In this document: positions 19,664 through 28,525 of the stretch, one piece after another
Position numbering within the stretch: the stretch's first letter is position 1
Layout: the number at the start of each line of letters is the position of its first letter
DNA from: Kiritimatiellia bacterium
Lineage (GTDB): Bacteria; Verrucomicrobiota; Kiritimatiellia; RFP12; UBA1067
Direction: 5' to 3'
DNA length: 64,000 nt
Assembly: GCA_017406465.1 (NCBI GenBank)
Contig: JAFQYM010000015.1
Coordinates: 64,622-128,621 of the forward strand
Made by a program: the position numbers and the translations under genes
Notes under the pieces: model-generated
The model's database searches: none
What the model was told of the DNA's origin: nothing
The model's input: the letters and a program-made list of their open reading frames with translations, nothing else

Positions 19664-20812
19664 ATGAAAAACCTTGAACAGACCAGAAGGGAAATCGACA
19701 GAATAGACGAAGGGCTCGTGAAGCTCTTCCTTGAGCGGCTTGCCGTGTCGCGCGATGTCGCGATGGCGAAGCTCGAGACCGGTGGCCCGGTGTCGGACCC
19801 TGCGCGCGAACGCGAAATACTCACCCGCGTCTCAGAGGCCGCAGGCCCCGAGAACGAAAACGCGGCGCGTCTTTTCTTCTCGACGCTTTTTTCGATTTCC
19901 AAGGCGCGGCAGCGCGGCATACTTAAAGGCGACTCTCCGCTCGTCCGCGAGATCAAGAACACGATTGCCGCGCATGCGAGTCCTTTCCCGTCGCGCGCGT
20001 TCGTCGCGTGCTGCGGCACAGAGGGCTCATACGCACAGCAGGCGGCGACGCGTCTCGTGAAGGTGCCGACGATCATGTACTTCAACTCGTTCGAGAAGGT
20101 CTTCGAGGCGGTGGAGAAGGGGCTTTGCGCCTACGGTGTCCTGCCTGTCGAGAATTCGGCGGCGGGCTCTGTCACGGCTGTCTACGACCTGATGCAGAAG
20201 CACAGCTTCCACATCGTGCGCGCCGTGCGGCTAAGGGTCGACCATGTTCTCCTGGCGCCGCCTGGAGTGAAGCTTTCGGACGTCCGCGAAGTCGCGAGCC
20301 ATCCTCACGCGCTTGCGCAGTGCACGGCGTTCTTCAAGGCACATCCCGAGATCAAGGCGGTTCCCGCCGCGAACACGGCGGTGGCGGCGAAGGAAATCGC
20401 ATCTTCCGGCAGACGCGATGTCGCTGTGATCGCCTCTCGGCTCTGCGCCGAGCTGTACGGGCTTCAGGTCGTCGCAGAGAAGATACAGGACACCGTGAGC
20501 AACTATACGCGGTTCATCTGCATTTCCAAGGGGCTCGAGATTTTCCCCGACGCGAGCAAGATCTCGATAATGCTCTCGCTTCCGCACAGGCCCGGCTCGC
20601 TTGCAGAGATAATCTCGAAGTTCGCCGCGATAGACGTGAACCTGACAAAGCTCGAGTCGCGGCCTGTTCCCGGCGTAGATTTCGAGTTTCGCTTCATCTT
20701 CGATTTCGAGGCGTCGCCGTCCGACGGTTCGGTGCTTTCGCTCCTTTCCGAGCTTTCGCTCGATCCGGAGATAGAGCACTTCGCCTTCCTCGGCGCTTAT
20801 GGTGAGAGATAG
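19664..20812 (+). CDS. pheA: bifunctional chorismate mutase / prephenate dehydratase
   Basis: N-terminal CM helix RREIDRIDEGLVKLFLERLAVSRDVA, a PDT domain, and a C-terminal ACT (LTKLESRP). Own TATAAT at 19649-19654, 9 nt before the ATG. Confidence 0.9.
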   Translation: MKNLEQTRREIDRIDEGLVKLFLERLAVSRDVAMAKLETGGPVSDPAREREILTRVSEAAGPENENAARLFFSTLFSISKARQRGILKGDSPLVREIKNTIAAHASPFPSRAFVACCGTEGSYAQQAATRLVKVPTIMYFNSFEKVFEAVEKGLCAYGVLPVENSAAGSVTAVYDLMQKHSFHIVRAVRLRVDHVLLAPPGVKLSDVREVASHPHALAQCTAFFKAHPEIKAVPAANTAVAAKEIASSGRRDVAVIASRLCAELYGLQVVAEKIQDTVSNYTRFICISKGLEIFPDASKISIMLSLPHRPGSLAEIISKFAAIDVNLTKLESRPVPGVDFEFRFIFDFEASPSDGSVLSLLSELSLDPEIEHFAFLGAYGER

Positions 20813-20823
20813 AGTGGAAAATC

Positions 20824-20857
20824 GTGCAAATGGCAAATAGCGCTTTGCCATTTGCAC
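20824..20857. terminator. perfect 14-bp hairpin after pheA
   Basis: gtgcaaatggcaaa-tagcgc-tttgccatttgcac, with a T-run (gtgttttt) 10 nt downstream. The right arm resembles the tttgccattgcgcg block upstream of the other ATPase gene. Confidence 0.6.
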
Positions 20858-20911
20858 GGCACGCGGTGTTTTTGGTATAATATGCCGCGAAGGAGGGGAA
20901 TATTTCGCAAT

Positions 20912-22063
20912 ATGATCCGAAGAAAGATTGCTGATTATGTGGACAAGGTGGCGAAATGCTACCCCGTTGTCACCATAATGGGTCCGCGTCAGAGTGGAAA
21001 GACGACTCTTGCCCAAGCGCAATTTCCCATGCATCAATACCGCAATCTGGAGGCGGATGACGTTGTGTCGGCGGCAAAGGCCGATCCTCGCAGATTCTTG
21101 ATGAATGGTGGCGCAAACATGGTCATAGATGAAGTTCAGCGCTTCCCTTCGCTCCTTACATATATTCAGGAAATGGTGGACGCGAATCGCATCAAGGGGC
21201 AGTTCGTCCTGACAGGCTCTCATCAACCAGAACTGGGTGCGGCTGTAAGCGAGTCTCTTGCCGGACGCACTGGCATCTGCACGCTTATGCCGTTGAGCAT
21301 CGAGGAGCTGAAGGAAGAAGGCATTGCCGTCGATGACCGCGATGGCTTAATGTGGCGGGGATTCATGCCGCGCATGTATGACGATGCCATCGAGCCGGGA
21401 ATGCTCTATCGCGACTATTTTCAGACGTATGTGCAGAGGGATGTCCGCAGACTCGTCAATATTCAGGACATTGATGCGTTTACGGTGTTCATGCGTCTGT
21501 TGGCGGGTCGCGTTGGGCAACTGCTCAACAAGGATTCGTTGGCGCGCGACGTCGGCATTTCCACTCCCACCGTCATGAAATGGCTAAGCGTGCTCGAAGC
21601 ATCGTTCATCATCTACAGACTGCGGCCATACCACGGTAATTTCGGGAAACGCCAGACGAAAGCCCAGAAGATATATTTCACCGAGCCAGGACTGGCCGCG
21701 TATCTGCTCGGCATCAGGGAAAAGGAACAGTTGTTCACGCATCCACTTGTCGGAAGTCTGTTCGAGAACATGGTAGTGATGGAGGCCGTAAAGTTCCGTC
21801 TGAACCGGGGCGGAGAACCAGACCTGTGGTTCTACCGCAATTCGTCTGGAACGGTGGAGGTGGATTTGCTGATGGAGAATGGATCGAATCTTTGTCCGCG
21901 GGAGATCAAGAGTTCGTCTACGTATTCGCTGCATATGGGGGATGGCCTTTCCAGGTTCCTTAAGTTGTCGCCAACTGCCGTTGATCCGCGAGTGGTGTAT
22001 GCAGGCGAAACATTTGACGGCGTGGCGGTCAATTTCGCGGATGTTTCGCGTTGGTGCTTGTAG
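20912..22063 (+). CDS. AAA ATPase with C-terminal DUF4143 / PD-(D/E)xK-like domain
   Basis: Walker A GPRQSGKTTL and Walker B MVIDEVQ. C-terminus GSLFENMVV ... VEVDLLM ... PREIKSS fits an E...D...ExK nuclease-fold pattern. Confidence 0.8.
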   Translation: MIRRKIADYVDKVAKCYPVVTIMGPRQSGKTTLAQAQFPMHQYRNLEADDVVSAAKADPRRFLMNGGANMVIDEVQRFPSLLTYIQEMVDANRIKGQFVLTGSHQPELGAAVSESLAGRTGICTLMPLSIEELKEEGIAVDDRDGLMWRGFMPRMYDDAIEPGMLYRDYFQTYVQRDVRRLVNIQDIDAFTVFMRLLAGRVGQLLNKDSLARDVGISTPTVMKWLSVLEASFIIYRLRPYHGNFGKRQTKAQKIYFTEPGLAAYLLGIREKEQLFTHPLVGSLFENMVVMEAVKFRLNRGGEPDLWFYRNSSGTVEVDLLMENGSNLCPREIKSSSTYSLHMGDGLSRFLKLSPTAVDPRVVYAGETFDGVAVNFADVSRWCL

Positions 22064-22094
22064 GCAGAGTGCTCACACTTTAGAAAGGAAAATC

Positions 22095-24815
22095 ATGAAA
22101 ACACTAAAGACAGCATTGATGGCCTTCGCCGTGCTTGGCATGGCGCACGCCTTTTCCGCAATCCCTCTTCCCGAGCATCCGCGTCCCGACTGGGAGCGCT
22201 CCGAATGGGTCAACCTGAACGGCGAATGGGACTTCGCCTTCGAGGCGAAGGGCACGCCAGTCGACGCGCCGGCGCGTCCGGCGCAGTTCGACCAGAAGAT
22301 CGTCGTGCCGTTCGGATGGGCCGCGCCGCTTTCGGGAGTGAAGGGCGAGGGGGACAGCGCGTGGTACAGGCGCGAGGTGGAGATTCCGGCGGACTGGAAG
22401 TCGCCGCGCTTCTTCCTCGTTGTCGGCGCGTGCGACTGGCAGACAGACGTCTTCGTGAACGGGAAGTTCGTCGACAGGCATCAGGGCGGCTACGTTCCGT
22501 TCGAGGTCGAGCTGACTCCATTCGCGAAGAAGGGCGAAAAGGCGACGGTCGAACTGCGCGTGTGGGACGCTCCGTCGTCCGTGGCCAACAAGGACTGGCG
22601 GCTCTACGGCAAGCAGGGCTACGGCAACGCGCGCGGCATCTGGCAGACGGTCTATCTCGAAGGACGCGGCGACAGCTATATCGAGTCCGTGCGCTTCGAG
22701 CCCTATTTCGCGACGAGCCTCTGCGAAGACCACGTCTTTGTCAGCGTCACGCTGGGCGCGCCTGCGAAAGCGCCGCTCGATGTCACGATCGCCTTCAAAC
22801 CGGAGGACGGCGGCGCGAAGGGCGTTGTATCCTTCGGCGTCGGGGAAATGTATAAGGAGCTCGACATACCGATCAAGGACGTGAAGGTCTGGGATCTCGA
22901 CAATCCCTATCTCTACGAGGTGACGGTGAAGGCGGGCGACGACGAGGTGTCCACGTATTTCGGTTTCCGCGAAATCGACGTCGATAATAATCCGAACGGG
23001 CACCCCTACGTGACGCTCAACGGCAAGCCCGTCTATCTCCAGCTCACGCTCGACCAGAGCTACCATCCGGAGGGATTCTACACCTTCCCGACGGACGAGT
23101 TCATGAAGAACGAGATACTTATTTCCAAGAAGCTCGGGCTGACCGGCAACCGCGTCCACATCAAGGCGGAGATTCCGCGCAAGCTGTACTGGGCCGACAA
23201 GCTCGGGCTTCTCATCATGGCCGACGTGCCGAACTGGTGGGGAAATGCAAGCGAGACGGCGTTCCGCGAGCACTGGGCGTGCTTCGAGGGTATGCTCAAG
23301 CGCGACTTCAACCATCCGTCCGTCTTCGCGTGGGTGCTGTTCAACGAGACGTGGGGGCTCTTCTCCGAAGGGCACGTCTACTCGGACGCAACGAAGCGCC
23401 GTGTGGCGGACGTGTGGCGCAGGGCGAAAGATGCAGATCCGACGCGCATAATCGAGGACAATTCTCCGTGCAACAACGACCATGTCGTAACCGACATCAA
23501 CACATGGCACTCCTATCTTCCCGGCTGGAAGTGGGAGTCGACGCTCGACGAATTCTGCTCGAAGACGTTCCCTGGTTCAAACTGGAACTACAAGGGCGGT
23601 TTCGTGCAAAGGAACTGGGAGCCGATGATGAACTCCGAGTGCGGCAACGTCTGGGGTTACGATGGTTCGACGGGAGACTGCGATCTCACGTGGGACTACC
23701 ACATGATGATCAACGCCTTCCGCCGCCACATGAAATGCGCGGGATGGCTCTACACCGAGCATCACGACGTCATCAACGAATGGAACGGCTACGTCCGCTT
23801 CGACCGCACCGAGAAGGAGTTCGGCATCGAGGAGCTCTTCCCTGGGATGACATTCCGCGACTTCCATGCCGACGCGTACATGCCGCTCGACACGGAGCTT
23901 TGCCGCGAATTCAAGGCGGGCGAGACATACATTGTTCCTGTCGACATCTCGCTGACGACCGACCGCTATGCTGGCAAGAAGCTCTCGCTCGGGTATTCGC
24001 TCAGATACATCGACGGAGAGGGCCGGGTTGTCCAGGATGACGGCGCCCCGACCCGTCGCATTCGGTACGACGAGCCCGCCTCCGCGTGGCAGGAGAAGGG
24101 GGGCGTACGCTCCTTCGCCGCGCGGCTCCCCGACTGCGACGCGTGCGGAACCGTGAATGTCACGCTCTACGCGGACGACGAGCCGATCGCCCGCAACTTC
24201 ACTTGCTTTGTGACGCGGAAGGGCGAAGTGTCCGACGTGCGGCCGGTTCGCGGCGAATGGTCGCTCAAGCAGTGGGACGTCATGGACGGCAAGAAGTTCT
24301 GCGGCGCGGGGACGGGCTACTTTGAATATGAGTTCGACGCGCCGAAGGGCGAGTGCGTGTTTCGTGCGGAGGTGTCGTCCAAGCGGCTCAATGCAAAGGA
24401 TTTCAAGAAGGATGTATCCTCAAGCTCTGATATTGACTACATGCTCGGCGGGCTTGCGAGCCGTTCGCAGAACCCGAACAGCTATCCGCAGACGAGCGCT
24501 GTGCACAAGTTCCCCGGGACGGTCAAGGTCTACGCGAACGGAACGCTTGTCGCGACTGTAGATCTGCCCGACGATCCAGCCGACCATCGTGGAATCCTCT
24601 CGTGGTTTTCGCAGGAGCGCGCGAAGGACGGCAAGGACAGACTCTGCGAGGCCGGCAGCTACGGCTATCTCGTCGAGGCGAAGATACCGGCCGAAGTCGC
24701 CGCCGCGTCGAAGGACGGGAAGATGACGATCCGCCTCGCCGCCGAAAAGACAGGGCTTGCAGTGTACGGCCCGCGTTTCGGCCGCATGCCTTTTGCGCCT
24801 CATCTCAGATTCTGA
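22095..24815 (+). CDS. secreted glycoside hydrolase family 2-like
   Basis: Signal peptide MKTLKTALMAFAVLGMAHA. NHPSVFAWVLFNETWG (acid/base NE) and MNSECGNVWG (nucleophile E) are typical of GH2. Confidence 0.8.
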   Translation: MKTLKTALMAFAVLGMAHAFSAIPLPEHPRPDWERSEWVNLNGEWDFAFEAKGTPVDAPARPAQFDQKIVVPFGWAAPLSGVKGEGDSAWYRREVEIPADWKSPRFFLVVGACDWQTDVFVNGKFVDRHQGGYVPFEVELTPFAKKGEKATVELRVWDAPSSVANKDWRLYGKQGYGNARGIWQTVYLEGRGDSYIESVRFEPYFATSLCEDHVFVSVTLGAPAKAPLDVTIAFKPEDGGAKGVVSFGVGEMYKELDIPIKDVKVWDLDNPYLYEVTVKAGDDEVSTYFGFREIDVDNNPNGHPYVTLNGKPVYLQLTLDQSYHPEGFYTFPTDEFMKNEILISKKLGLTGNRVHIKAEIPRKLYWADKLGLLIMADVPNWWGNASETAFREHWACFEGMLKRDFNHPSVFAWVLFNETWGLFSEGHVYSDATKRRVADVWRRAKDADPTRIIEDNSPCNNDHVVTDINTWHSYLPGWKWESTLDEFCSKTFPGSNWNYKGGFVQRNWEPMMNSECGNVWGYDGSTGDCDLTWDYHMMINAFRRHMKCAGWLYTEHHDVINEWNGYVRFDRTEKEFGIEELFPGMTFRDFHADAYMPLDTELCREFKAGETYIVPVDISLTTDRYAGKKLSLGYSLRYIDGEGRVVQDDGAPTRRIRYDEPASAWQEKGGVRSFAARLPDCDACGTVNVTLYADDEPIARNFTCFVTRKGEVSDVRPVRGEWSLKQWDVMDGKKFCGAGTGYFEYEFDAPKGECVFRAEVSSKRLNAKDFKKDVSSSSDIDYMLGGLASRSQNPNSYPQTSAVHKFPGTVKVYANGTLVATVDLPDDPADHRGILSWFSQERAKDGKDRLCEAGSYGYLVEAKIPAEVAAASKDGKMTIRLAAEKTGLAVYGPRFGRMPFAPHLRF

Positions 24816-25425
24816 CAAGCTGCTTGCGCACGGCCGTTGCGACGGCCTCGGTTCGGTTTGCCGCCCCGAGCTTGGCAAGGATGGCAATTACGTGTTCGTT
24901 TACGCCGTCGGTCCTTATGCTGAACATCTTCGCGATGTCCTTGTTTGTGAGCCCACGCGACATCGCCTGCAGGATTTCGAGCTGCCGCGATGTCAACTTC
25001 GGCGCGGGCGGGTCTGCCGCAAGCAGTTTCCTGACGGCCGGGGATATCGCTCGCGCGCCAGAGGCGACGGACCTTATCGTCGACACAAGCTCGCGGTCGT
25101 CGGCCGATTTCATAAGAGCGCCGGTGGCCCCTGCGTCGATCGCGCGTGCAATCTTGTCTGAAGTTCCGAACGAAGTGAGTATGACGATTTTCGAGTCCGG
25201 GACGGCTGCGTGTATCGCCGCTGTCGCCTCTACGCCGTCCTTGCGCGGCATGACGATGTCCATGACTACGACGTCCGGGGCGAGCTGCTTTGCAAACGCG
25301 ACCGCCTCGTTGCCGTCCTTTGCCTCTCCGACGACTTCTATTCCGCGTTCTGTGCCGAGAAGGGCGCAGAGACCGTGCCGGACTATCGCATGGTCGTCCG
25401 CGATTAGCACTCTTATGTTCTTCAT
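24805..25425 (-). CDS. NarL/LuxR-family response regulator
   Basis: Receiver domain VLIADDHAIVRHGL ... VVVMDIVMP, and LuxR HTH LTSRQLEILQAMSRGLTNKDIA. Confidence 0.9.
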   Translation of the reverse strand: MKNIRVLIADDHAIVRHGLCALLGTERGIEVVGEAKDGNEAVAFAKQLAPDVVVMDIVMPRKDGVEATAAIHAAVPDSKIVILTSFGTSDKIARAIDAGATGALMKSADDRELVSTIRSVASGARAISPAVRKLLAADPPAPKLTSRQLEILQAMSRGLTNKDIAKMFSIRTDGVNEHVIAILAKLGAANRTEAVATAVRKQLVRI

Positions 25426-27221
25426 TCTGGATTGTCCTCCTCCTCGCCTTCAATTGCGACTGTCACGTCAACGCGCGTGCCGTGTCCGGGCGAGCTGTCG
25501 ATGGAAATCGATCCGCCGAACGTGTCGACGCGTTCGCGGATTCCCTGAAGCCCGAAGTGGCCCTGGTCGATGCTCGGCGCGGACTCAGGGTCGAATCCGC
25601 AGCCATCGTCCGAGACGGAGAATTTGAGAAGGTCGCCGTCGATGCATCCTGCGATCCTGATCGTCTTTGCGCCGCCGTGCCGAATGGCGTTAATGGTGAG
25701 TTCGCGGACGATTCTGAGCGTCGCGTGCGCGAGAGCGTCCGAAAGCCGCGCGCGCGGAACGCGGAACCTGATCGCGACCGACGTGTCGCCGACGTGGGGC
25801 CTGATGGAGAATTCGACCGCCTTCTCCATGTCCGGCTGGTCCAGCGCCTCTCCGCGAAGGTCCCAGAGGCAGTTTCTCAGTTCGTCGCGGCTTGAGGCGA
25901 TTGCGTTCGACGCGAATTCGAGATGCTGCATGGCCGCCGGCGGAGCGCTCTCTGGGAGAAGTCGCTGCGCCGCGCTTATCTCCATCGAGACGCCGGTGAG
26001 GTTCTGTGCAAGCGTGTCGTGAAGCTCCGCCGCGAGCCGCGTGCGCTCGCTGACCTTGAGAGTCGACTTGATCTGGCTGAGTTGCGCACGCAGAAGCGCG
26101 CGACCGCGCTTTTCGGCGAGAACTCTGAGCGAACGGTTCCAGATGAGAATCGCGGCGACGGCTGCGAGGAGGATCGCGATGACGGCGAAGAGTCGCCCGC
26201 TTGTCCACCACGGCGGGCGCGCGACTACGCGTAGTCCGCCTGCCCCGCAGACGACGAAGAATCCCCTGATCTGCGGGAACGCGGCGTTCGGACGCCAGTT
26301 CTCCACGTCGAGAACGCAGACGCCCGTTGCCTCCACCACGCTTCCGGGTTCTATGTCCGGGGGCGCCCCCGATGTGACGACCGGCACGACGAAGGATCCG
26401 TCTTCGATGTTCAGTGTGTCGCCGTTGCGGTTTCTCAGGGTGCCGCGCAGAACGATGGTTTTGCCGAGGAACTGCGGCTTGACCTGAACCTGTCCGTTGT
26501 CGCCCAGCATGATCTCCCGTGCGGTGACGTTGGTTGCGGAGCCGGCGGCGAAGTCGTAGGGTTCTGCCGGACGCCACCTTGCGCGTTCGAGGTTGACGCG
26601 GTAGACGTCCGACACGGGGCGCCCGGCGACTTCGGCGAATGATCCGCTCTTCGGAGCCGGACGGCTTGCGAACGAGACGCGCACGAGTCTTCCGGAGGGC
26701 GTTTCGAGAAGCGATTCCGTGCCAGACCACGACGCGAGGATCCTGCCGGCGGTCCGGCGGTGGTCGAGGCGCGATATCTCGGCCGGCGTCATCAGTTTTG
26801 TGTCGCCGAGTTCCGGCACGTCGAAGGGGTCGCTTGGCGCGGGCCGCAGAACCTCGATGTCGTTCAGACCTGCGATGAAAAGCTGCCGGCCAAGCTGGCG
26901 CCTCGGCTCCGGTACGTATGAGTCGCAGACTCCAGTCGCGCGGATTCTCGCTCCGACAAGCCGTTCGACGGAGGACATGTTGTCGTTGCCGCATTTCACC
27001 GGCGCGTAGATCGTCTCTTCCTCCTTCTCGAGGACGAGAAACACGTATCGCGGGTCTGTCTCGTCGTTCAGTGCGTCGGAGACATCGGCCACGATCTCGA
27101 CGCGCAGTCCATCGACCGACCCGCCGAGGAACTCCGCGGCTGACACGGCGCGCGGCGCATCCGCCGCGCACAACTGCGCGGCGAATGCGGCGAGTGTGAA
27201 GAGTGACAGCAACTTCAACAT
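25422..27221 (-). CDS. sensor histidine kinase (HisKA_3 / NarX-type) with large periplasmic domain
   Basis: ELHDTLAQNLTG H-box and HATPase_c (DDGCGFD, GLQGIRERV). Start MLKLLSLF at 27221 lies 6 nt after tggtacaat on the minus strand. Confidence 0.85.
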   Translation of the reverse strand: MLKLLSLFTLAAFAAQLCAADAPRAVSAAEFLGGSVDGLRVEIVADVSDALNDETDPRYVFLVLEKEEETIYAPVKCGNDNMSSVERLVGARIRATGVCDSYVPEPRRQLGRQLFIAGLNDIEVLRPAPSDPFDVPELGDTKLMTPAEISRLDHRRTAGRILASWSGTESLLETPSGRLVRVSFASRPAPKSGSFAEVAGRPVSDVYRVNLERARWRPAEPYDFAAGSATNVTAREIMLGDNGQVQVKPQFLGKTIVLRGTLRNRNGDTLNIEDGSFVVPVVTSGAPPDIEPGSVVEATGVCVLDVENWRPNAAFPQIRGFFVVCGAGGLRVVARPPWWTSGRLFAVIAILLAAVAAILIWNRSLRVLAEKRGRALLRAQLSQIKSTLKVSERTRLAAELHDTLAQNLTGVSMEISAAQRLLPESAPPAAMQHLEFASNAIASSRDELRNCLWDLRGEALDQPDMEKAVEFSIRPHVGDTSVAIRFRVPRARLSDALAHATLRIVRELTINAIRHGGAKTIRIAGCIDGDLLKFSVSDDGCGFDPESAPSIDQGHFGLQGIRERVDTFGGSISIDSSPGHGTRVDVTVAIEGEEEDNPE

Positions 27222-27258
27222 GTCCCTATTGTACCATAAAGGACTCGTCTTCGCCCAT

Positions 27259-27276
27259 CCCCCTAATTTAGTGGGG
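27259..27276 (+). promoter_or_regulatory. CCCC-TAATTTRRY-GGGG hairpin motif, copy a
   Basis: ccccctaatttagtgggg. The T of TAATTT is exactly 36 nt before the tagaat -10 (27300-27305). Confidence 0.7.
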
Positions 27277-27312
27277 TGTGAAACTCGGGGGCCCTTTGAT
27301 AGAATACGCACC

Positions 27313-28467
27313 ATGAAAAAGATAATATGCATAGCGACCATGCTTGCGGCGCTCGTTTCGCCCGCGGACATGCAGTCGGAGTGCCAGAAGCTCATTGACG
27401 ACGCGGTTGCGCGGGGCGAACAGTGCGGGGTGCAGTTCTGCGCCTACAGCCACGGAAAGAAGATCGTCGACGTCTTCGCTGGGACTCTTTCGACGCGCGA
27501 AGGAGCCGCCGCTGTCAGGGGCGATTCGCTTTTTCCGATCTTCTCGACCGAGAAGCCGCTTCTCGCGACGGCCGTGCACCGGGTGGTCGAGAAGGGGCTT
27601 ATGGACTACGACAAGCCGCTCTGCACCTGGTGGCCGGAGCTGAAGGGCGACGGCAAGGAGAAGCTGACCCTTCGGGAGACGTTGGGCTACAGGACGGGGC
27701 TCCCGGGAGGATGTCCGACGCGGCTTTCCACCCACGACCTCGTCGACTGGGATCTTGTTGTCAGGGAGGCGGCCGCTGACAAGCCGGAGAAGACTCCCGG
27801 CACCGTCCAGCGCTACATGCCGTATGCCTACGCGTGGATGCTCGGGCATCCGCTTGAAGTCGCCTGCGGCAAGCCGCTCAAGGAAGTTCTCGACGAAGAG
27901 GTTCTGATTCCATCCGGAATCGAGCGCGAATTCTACTTCGTCGTCCCGCGCTCGGAATATCCGCGCGTCGCAAAGTTCTACAGAAGCATCTTCTGCGAAG
28001 TGATGAACGAGGACTGGGCGCGCGAGGCGTGTCTGCCGAGCGCGTGGGCCGTGTCGAGCGCTCGGGCGCTTTGCCGGTTCTACACGCGCCTGTGCGGATA
28101 CGACGGAAAACAGCCGCTCATCCGCCGCGAGACGCTTGACGCCGCGCTCAAGCCGTGCAGGCACGAGAGCGATCCACTGCCGTCCCCGCAGGAACTTAAG
28201 GACGACTGGCACATGATCTTCGGAATGGGCTACGGGCTCTGGGGCGAGGCAGAGAGGATGGACCGCGTGTTCGGACACGGCGGCGCAGGCGGCTCTGAGG
28301 CGCTTGTCGACCGCGACAACGAACTTGTCGTCGCCTACACCTGCAACTTCAGCCAGAACCACGACAAGCTCCGCGAGGCGCTTTACGAAGTCGTCGGAAT
28401 GCGCTGGCGGTACTGGAAAGACAAGAAGAGTCTTCAGGACCTGCAGATGAAAACTGCCGGCAAGTGA
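27313..28467 (+). CDS. serine hydrolase, beta-lactamase/esterase (class C-like) family
   Basis: SxxK motif in IFSTEKPL. 384 aa with a signal-like N-terminus. Confidence 0.75.
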   Translation: MKKIICIATMLAALVSPADMQSECQKLIDDAVARGEQCGVQFCAYSHGKKIVDVFAGTLSTREGAAAVRGDSLFPIFSTEKPLLATAVHRVVEKGLMDYDKPLCTWWPELKGDGKEKLTLRETLGYRTGLPGGCPTRLSTHDLVDWDLVVREAAADKPEKTPGTVQRYMPYAYAWMLGHPLEVACGKPLKEVLDEEVLIPSGIEREFYFVVPRSEYPRVAKFYRSIFCEVMNEDWAREACLPSAWAVSSARALCRFYTRLCGYDGKQPLIRRETLDAALKPCRHESDPLPSPQELKDDWHMIFGMGYGLWGEAERMDRVFGHGGAGGSEALVDRDNELVVAYTCNFSQNHDKLREALYEVVGMRWRYWKDKKSLQDLQMKTAGK

Positions 28468-28471
28468 CAAT

Positions 28472-28490
28472 CCCCCCTAATTTAGCGGGG
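28472..28490 (+). promoter_or_regulatory. CCCC-TAATTTRRY-GGGG hairpin motif, copy b
   Basis: cccccctaatttagcgggg, 4 nt after the upstream stop. The T of TAATTT is 36 nt before tacaat (28514-28519). Confidence 0.7.
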
Positions 28491-28525
28491 TTCAACTCAA
28501 TTAAACCATTTGGTACAATAGCGAC

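Noticed and set aside
24805-24815. 11-nt overlap of the convergent 3' ends of the GH2 gene and the response regulator.
   Set aside because: A trivial end-to-end overlap; no terminator or regulatory structure is evident.
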